Origin: Chrysomallon squamiferum
Lineage: Eukaryota > Animalia > Mollusca
NCBI GenBank assembly: GCA_012295275.1
Contig: CM022673.1
Location: 7,750,001-7,814,000, forward strand
Direction: 5' to 3'
Length of the DNA: 64,000 nt
In this document: positions 57,201-64,000 of the stretch, piece by piece
Layout: each line of letters starts with the position of its first letter
Numbering within the stretch: the first letter of the stretch is position 1
Program-made: the position numbers and the translations under genes
Notes under the pieces: generated by a model
What the model was told of the DNA's origin: nothing
The model's input: the letters and a program-made list of their open reading frames with translations, nothing else
Database searches by the model: none

Positions 57201-58490
57201 ACATGTATGCGATTATGAAACTGTATTTTTGTGTCTGTTTCACATTCTGAATGTTTTTATGTTTTTGTGTTTCAAACTCATAATATATTTTAGTCTAACA
57301 TTATGAAAAAGACAAATTAATTCAACCATATTACAGTCTAAAAAATAATAAAAGTCTAATGTAATCATCAAATACAAAACTTTAACACACCATAACAAAG
57401 CATACAATCAATATAACATTAAACTGGAATACAAGTCTGCCTTTAGGTAAAATGGAGACTATTGGAGGACGGAACAAAATCTTACCCCACAGGAATGCTT
57501 ATTTAATCACCCTGATGTGTGACTGGAGAAGCAAGCTATCATGTCTCCTACCAAGCCATATCATGTAATATATTGAATAACATGACAGGAATGTCTACTA
57601 CCTAGCTATATATCTCAAGGCACCAGGTCAAATTTATTGATTAAGACCTCTGATGATTTGACAACAAGCTAAGCCTTTTTCAGTGCTATCCATGTAATGC
57701 CTACTGATACATTACAGGCCTTTCTGTAAAAAAACTACCTAAATTAATATTGTTTTTATGACTATGAAGGCCCAATTTCTACTACAAAGTGCATATATAA
57801 AGCTGTATGATATATGAAAGGATTAACAAGTGTGCTTGTCCCAAAATACTACCTATATAAAATACTGCCTGTTTTTTTTAAATGTTTAACAAGCCAAGCA
57901 TTTTTTTTTTAATAATGATTCCCTTTATGATCTTACAAGTTCACAACCAAATTATGGTACTAGATTTATCCATACAAAGCTATGGAATGTAATATAAATT
58001 GAATAATGTAGACTTGTAATGGAATACAACTAAATTTCCTACCAAACTCCTTATTTGTTCAGAAACAAAATGTTGTACAGGATTGCCTAAACAGTAAAAA
58101 AGATATTACATATGTCATGAGTAATCTGGTCTGGTATATAAATAACCTTAATATTTTAAGGTGTATTTAGGTCTTCAGTTAAACATTGTTAGATTCTGTA
58201 TTAAAAACTACAGATAGTCATCTTTGTGTATTGTACCCATATTATATAAAAATTATAACACAAACACAAACACACAAATGCGTACAACTAAACTCCCCCA
58301 ATATAAAATAAATATAAATATATTGTTTTTATATATTTTAAAATTTCAAAACATTATACATTAATACATAGCTAATAACAAAAACAAAAATAGAATAAAA
58401 GATTAAATGTGAACATTTAATAACATAAGTATTTAATTTATATCTTTCGTAAACTGATAAATATTCTTAATTATCTAGTTCATAAATCAC

Positions 58491-58600
58491 AACTAGATAA
58501 AAATACTGATTATTTTTATTATTACATCGTAACTAGATAAAAATATTGACTATTTTATTATTAAATCATAACTAGATAAAAATATAGACTATTTTAATTT
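58491..58600. repeat. Short tandem repeat, about 40-bp unit starting AACTAGATAAAAATA, 3 copies, in the kinase gene 3'UTR
   Basis: AACTAGATAAAAATA recurs at 58491, 58531 and 58570. Confidence 0.85.
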
Positions 58601-58760
58601 GATCTAATTTATAATAAAACTTAATTTAATAAAAGACATAGACTGTATTAATGTTTATTGACATAACTTGCAACTAGATCAAAAGCTTTTAATAAGCACC
58701 AAAAACAAAATATTTGATGACAAGATCATGGTAAGATCTTGGCAAGATACTGGCAAGGTA

Positions 58761-58796
<36 letters not shown>

Positions 58797-58956
58797 TCTG
58801 TAGTGGTGGTGATAGTGTTTCAGTGTTGGGGAATGTGATGGTAATACATAAAATAAAGTTAACATGAAAACAATGCAGGCACTAGGTAATGCAAATAATG
58901 CTGAAACAAACTGGTCACTTGCTGCTGTCTGTGAAGAGTTTTTCTGCTAGATACTT

Positions 58957-59053
58957 TCACTTGACAAATGGCAGACAGGTGAAATTCACATCTTTAGTTT
59001 CAGCTTCTGGGGAAACCCCCTGACCACAAATCTGTATCAGTCCATGGAAAATT
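58957..59053 (-). CDS. CERKL: Ceramide kinase family (CERKL-like) last coding exon: (K)IFHGLIQICGQGVSPEAETKDVNFTCLPFVK*
   Basis: Acceptor TTTTTTTTAG, phase 2 in, TGA at 58957-58959; aligns with the terminal strand of CERK/CERKL (RVHCQLVRLFARG / RLHPRLISLYGG). Confidence 0.75.
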
Positions 59054-59125
59054 CTAAAAAAAACCCAACAACATATATATAAAGAAAAATATATTTTATA
59101 AAATGTGATAATAATAAAATATAAA

Positions 59126-59167
<42 letters not shown>

Positions 59168-59425
59168 GGATAAACAAAAAATAAAAGATTATGATGATAT
59201 TAAACACATACAGACTGTCTTTGAATAGGAGTTTTCTTTCATTTTCACTATTCCAAATTGTCGAATCTTTTACCAAATAAATTCAACATAACATAACTGG
59301 AAATAATAGTGATTAAGTATGACAAATAAATATTACGTCAATGTATTTATAAACAAAGGTTTCTAAGAAAAACACATAACAATAATAATAATAAACTTAG
59401 CTTTTTCACCTGAGTAAAAACTTAC

Positions 59426-59625
59426 TTGAAACTGAGTTCTTTTTCCTTGGACAGTTCGTTGTCTATGCTCCATGATGAAAACATCCGAGCCTCTTCTTTA
59501 GCCTTGGCTCTCTCTTCTTTCTTTCTCTGGTGTTTCTTCCTTCTCGCTATTTCCTGATCAGTGAAAGTGGGTCGGTACTGAGGACCCACCAGTTTGTTTG
59601 GTGGGAAAACAGGTTCAGAGATTGT
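59426..59625 (-). CDS. CERKL: CERKL-like exon: TISEPVF...ARRKKHQRKKEERAKAKEEARMFSSWSIDNELSKEKELSF
   Basis: CTTTTCAAG acceptor and GTAAGT donor; phase 0 in, 2 out; open frame. SSWSIDNE corresponds to the WNCDGE/WNVDGD motif. Confidence 0.8.
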
Positions 59626-60028
59626 CTTGAAAAGATAAATTACACATATTTATTATAGGAATTTTAACTTGTCAAAATTAATTCATTTATTAATTTTGAG
59701 AAGACTACAGTGATCAGTGGCAAAACTTACGTTGATTTGAGGTAAAATTCAATGCATTAAATAAGTCAAATAATGATTTTATTTACTTTTTCCATACTGT
59801 CTGTTATAAACAGATCAATGAATCTTCTGCAAAGGATTGATCCTGCATGCTATCTTTTCTCAAAGACTTTATTCTACTAATAATACTACCTTCTAAAACT
59901 AGGAATCAACCCCTAAAATTTATAAATTTATATTACATTCCTCCCATAAAAAATAATAAAATAAAATAAATAAATTTAAAAATAGATTTCAGTAAATAAC
60001 TATTTTGAAAATTAACTGATCCCAATAC

Positions 60029-60364
60029 CTTTGCCTTTGCATCTCCTGCTGACTTTATGCCATTGACAGCATCATCATCATCATCATCATAGTTGTCATC
60101 ATCATCTGAAGCACTGAGTCCATTCAAAGCCAAGGTGCTGTCGGCACGCTCTCTCACAGACTGTGAAGATGATGAGCAGCTGCTCACTTCCTCAAGGTCA
60201 AGGACCTCCACACCTTTGAGTTGCTGACTCACTCGTCTTTTCACTTTTGTCATCTCGTAATCTATTTCGCTGTAGTCATGATCTTTGTAATTCCAACTGA
60301 TTGGGACGCGAGGTCGAAAGCGAACTTCTTTAACTCTGTGCACTTCGACAAACGGAAAGTCAAA
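60029..60364 (-). CDS. CERKL: CERKL-like exon: FDFPFVEVHRVKEVRFRPR plus acidic/serine-rich insert
   Basis: TTTCAG acceptor and AAG|GTATTG donor; 336 nt, phase 0/0. Matches QFDFTFVEVYRVK (CERK) and [20 protein letters not shown] (CERKL). Confidence 0.88.
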
Positions 60365-60903
60365 CTGAAACAAATTTTAAAATCTTTAGCTGTGAATTAG
60401 ATACAGATTTGAGATTTCTGTAGCTGTTAATTTAGATAGAGATGCAAGTTGTCACCACTTTTGTGTATTAATGAGAACAAAAATGTAAAATTATTAAGTA
60501 ACATTAGCCTTTTAACAAACAAAATTTATCAGGAAACAATTAACAGCTGTGTCAATAAATTTATCAACTTATTTCATTCTGTTTATAATTAAATTGTTAT
60601 CAAAATTGTTGTATTATGCTAAAGACTGTTAAATAACTAGGTTTAGTTATTTAACAAACGAATACAAAAATATTTTAATACTTCTCTATACTGGATAACA
60701 CCTGTTCCCCAGTGCACAAATGTACACACAAGGAAAACCAAAAAAGAATTTTATTTTTAATTTGAACCTTTGATGTGATGCCAAACAATATACTAACTCC
60801 TGATTTATGAAATTGTCTGTCATAATATTTAACAATAACAAAATAATAATAATAATAAATAAAACAACAATGCCAAAACCCCACACCCACAACATATACA
60901 AAC

Positions 60904-61115
60904 CTGGTTCTTTGCATTCCCATGTCTCCTCAAATAACGAACAAAATCTTTTCTATCTGCGTTGTGGACAAGCACCAAGTCTAGATGTCCATCTGAGAGG
61001 TGGGTGTTTGGACTTAGGCCCCTGGGACAAAGATGGCTGAGTCCAGGTATGGAAAAGACACCCACATTATAGAAACTTCCTTTACAGTTCTTCCAAGGGC
61101 TGTCATTTGTCAAAT
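60904..61115 (-). CDS. CERKL: CERKL-like exon: WKNCKGSFYNVGVFSIPGLSHLCPRGLSPNTHLSDGHLDLVLVHNADRKDFVRYLRRHGNAKNQ
   Basis: PRGLSP.THL.DG.LDL motif of the CERK family. NV...IP and PNT resemble CERKL. Phase 1 in, 0 out. Confidence 0.92.
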
Positions 61116-61156
61116 CTTTAAAAGATTAAATTTAAATATTTTTAAATATTAAGAAA

Positions 61157-61218
<62 letters not shown>

Positions 61219-61961
61219 CAACAATAATAATACTAATAATAAGTAGAACATTTTTAATTTAATAATTTTTGTTGTGTGTATATGTGTTGACAATACAAAT
61301 AATAAAACTAAATTAATAGTTGTATAAAAAAAAAATTCATATATTTTCAGCAATATAAATCAATCAGTTTCATTTCATTTTTAATAATATAAAGCTCATT
61401 ATTTAATTTATTTTTGTCTGAATATTGTAACAACATAAATATTACTGAATTAAAAGTTTTAAATATAAACATTACATCCTGTCTTCTTTCTAATTTTCTT
61501 AGTAGTGAAGAGTGTATGTATGTATGTATACCTTCTCACATACAGACAATTCAAAGTCAACAATGTATTTATTTATCACAAATTATATAAGTTAAATATT
61601 CAAGGACATAACATTTTAAAAGAAATATTTCAAAACACTGTCACACAGAATACAACTTTGATGGGGTTTTTAGTGTTGTTTTTTTTTTTTTTGAAATATA
61701 TCACTTTAAATTTCATTATACAGGAGCACTTAGTGAAGATCATATAAATAGTTAATAATCACTTTAATTTTTCTTTTAAATAATTAAGCATGTTTTGTTT
61801 GTGGAGAATAATTAAAAAAATATTAATACATCACTCAAGTTTTCCTTTTAAATAATTAAACGTAACTGCCTTACACAGAAACTTTTGAAATGTTAATAAA
61901 TAAATCACATTTTCTCTTTAAATAATTAATCGTGACTTATAAAGTTATATTTAGGCCTCAC

Positions 61962-62071
61962 CTATAATAGAACTGCTTGAACCCGACACAGCTAATGGAT
62001 CTAGTTCTTCAACAAGGTCGCTTGTAATGAGACTACTTTCATTCTGATTCTCAGCCCAGCAGATATTACAC
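61962..62071 (-). CDS. CERKL: CERKL-like exon: (G)CNICWAENQNESSLITSDLVEELDPLAVSGSSSSII
   Basis: TTACAG acceptor and GTGAGG donor; 110 nt, phase 2 in, 1 out; completes the CxxxCxxC motif. Confidence 0.82.
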
Positions 62072-62844
62072 CTGTAATCAGAAATGAGCCAGCTATTTAC
62101 CAAATGACAAAACAAAAATAAACTGGACCTCCAGCTGAGAATTATATTTCTCTTGTAGTAAATGAAAACAGACTTGAAACTATGTTATATCTTTTAATAA
62201 AAATTTATATATGTGAATGTCAAACATTAATGTAAAAAACACACAATTTATTTAAATCATGTTTAACATATCTACACATTTCTTTGACATTTGTATTATG
62301 ATCAGAAAAATCTTGTATTTAGTAACCTTGTTAAAGAGAACCTGTTTTGTACAAAAAATTACGTAATTACATTTTATATATGTCTGAGTCATAATACAGA
62401 GTGACTGGCTTTATTTATTTATCCTATAGGGTGTTATGAGAATATCATTAAAATTTCTGAAAGAAAATCCAAGTACATGAGAAAGAAAGGAAAGAGTAGC
62501 CCATTTTTCTATGCAGCTTGGTATATTATTTACATATTTTATTTGTAAAGATTAGTCCTAACAAGATAAAATAATAAACTGAAAGAGTATGAAATACATA
62601 TGGATATTTTTTCTTCTTAGAAAACAAGCCATAGTATAATGAACAACAGCAACACTAAGCAAAAATAATAATAAATAAATAAAAAATAAAAAAGCAAAAA
62701 TAATAACAATAACAATAACAATAATAATAATAATGCTTTAAAAATATAAAAATGACTCTCAATCCTTGGAACCGGTTCATCATGTTATGGGTGTTTTTAA
62801 ACAATTACCTCTGCAACTAATTATTTTATTTCTTAACCACTTAC

Positions 62845-62922
62845 CCTGTTTGACAAGGTGTGTTGAAAATGGGTGAAATGATAGATGGGGCTGGAATGTA
62901 CTCCACAACACATTCATATGAT
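62845..62922 (-). CDS. CERKL: CERKL-like exon: (R)SYECVVEYIPAPSIISPIFNTPCQT(G)
   Basis: TTTCACAG acceptor and GG|GTAAGT donor; 78 nt, phase 2/2; aligns with CERK YEGTVSFLPA...SP....PCRAG. Confidence 0.85.
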
Positions 62923-63269
62923 CTGTGAAAGAAACATAATATATTAATGATTTATTCAAAATCTGAGAGAGTATTTACAATCAAACTGTCAGCATACATA
63001 AAATATTTGTTAGCAAACACTTACAAGAGAATCCAGATGGTTTAAGTTTTAAGCCTGGTCTAATAAATGGATTGTACAAGACTGAAATTATAGTTATCAA
63101 TAAATCTTTCGTTTGTTTGTTTTTGGCTGGTTTTTTTTTATTTTGTGTTTACTCAGTTTCTCCTGTAGTAAAAGTGTTTTATCTAAGTTAAAAATAAAAT
63201 TAAATGAAATAATATAATAAATAAAAACAAAATATAATACACACACACATCACAAGAAAAAAAACGATA

Positions 63270-63320
<51 letters not shown>

Positions 63321-63493
63321 AAAAAAAAAAAAAAAAAAATAAAAAATAAATAAAAAAAAAAAAAAAATCAATCAATCAAAATGAAATAAAAATAAAATAA
63401 ATTTTTTTTTTTATTAAATCTAGCCAAAACAGTAATTAAAGAAGTAAGTTCTAAAACACAAAAAAAAATATAAATTATAGTATATAAAAATAC

Positions 63494-63674
63494 CTCAGTT
63501 TTGCTTTAGTTAAGGCTTTAATGAAAGCCACGTCTATTTTTGTTGAACCTAAAGCTTGGTATCGACCCATAAATGACAAAACATTAGAGGCAAATCCATA
63601 CTGACAGATGAACGCCCACTGCAGAAACTTACTTTCATTACAAACAGAACATATATCCACACTGACACTGTGAC
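63494..63674 (-). CDS. CERKL: CERKL-like exon: (G)HSVSVDICSVCNESKFLQWAFICQYGFASNVLSFMGRYQALGSTKIDVAFIKALTKAKL(R)
   Basis: Poly-T CACAG acceptor; phase 1 in, 2 out; resembles CERKL GHVQLVDVC...FGF...DFAVVKALAKLK more than CERK. Confidence 0.88.
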
Positions 63675-63796
63675 CTGTGAAAAAAATAAATAAATATTAT
63701 GATAAGCATACAAATTACAAATAGAAAGTGAACAAATGGAACATATAAAATTTAAAAAATGTAAACACACACATATATGCAAAAAAGAACACCTGT

Positions 63797-63838
<42 letters not shown>

Positions 63839-63843
63839 CGTAC

Positions 63844-63918
63844 CATAAATGATATGTAATGCAGCTGTCACAGGATCATCACATCCCATTGTGGAGTGTA
63901 CAATGTGATTTGTATCAC
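63844..63918 (-). CDS. CERKL: CERKL-like exon (most 5' exon in the window): (G)DTNHIVHSTMGCDDPVTAALHIIY(G)
   Basis: TTTGCAG acceptor and G|GTACG donor; 75 nt, phase 1/1; aligns with GSTD/N...T.ALHII.G of the CERK family. The gene continues beyond 64000. Confidence 0.88.
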
Positions 63919-64000
63919 CTGCAAAGTAAAATTGATTAAAAGATTAATTAAAAAATATCAAAAATGAAATATATGTGATGATAATAATAATAATAATATT

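Overview
AT-rich, microsatellite-dense eukaryotic genomic DNA from an animal. Repeat style and the GPCR type suggest a mollusc, possibly a gastropod (inference). Four protein-coding loci can be assembled by hand with GT-AG junctions and consistent reading phase. (1) and (2) are two tandem + strand paralogues: join 2177-2421, 2615-2688, 3172-3455 (200 aa) and join 7927-8008, 8543-8868 (135 aa). Each encodes a short acidic tyrosine-motif N-terminus followed by a C-terminal IRS/Dok/FRS2-type PTB domain. (3) is an intronless class A peptide-receptor-like orphan GPCR (45261-46514, +). (4) is the 3' eight exons of a ceramide kinase family gene most like CERKL (58957-63918, -; 5' part outside the window). 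The main discovery candidate is that both small PTB proteins begin with an ITAM-shaped motif, D/E-x-x-Y-x-x-L/I-x7-Y-x-x-L/V. They may be soluble ITAM-PTB adaptors with the reverse of Dok/FRS2 domain order and no membrane anchor. Non-coding DNA holds a hAT-type MITE with an 8-bp target duplication, a truncated I-group LINE, old SINE fragments, two ~130-bp hairpins, a 27-bp minisatellite and a sharp CpG-depletion boundary near 54.8 kb. No database searches were run; family calls rest on recognised motifs.
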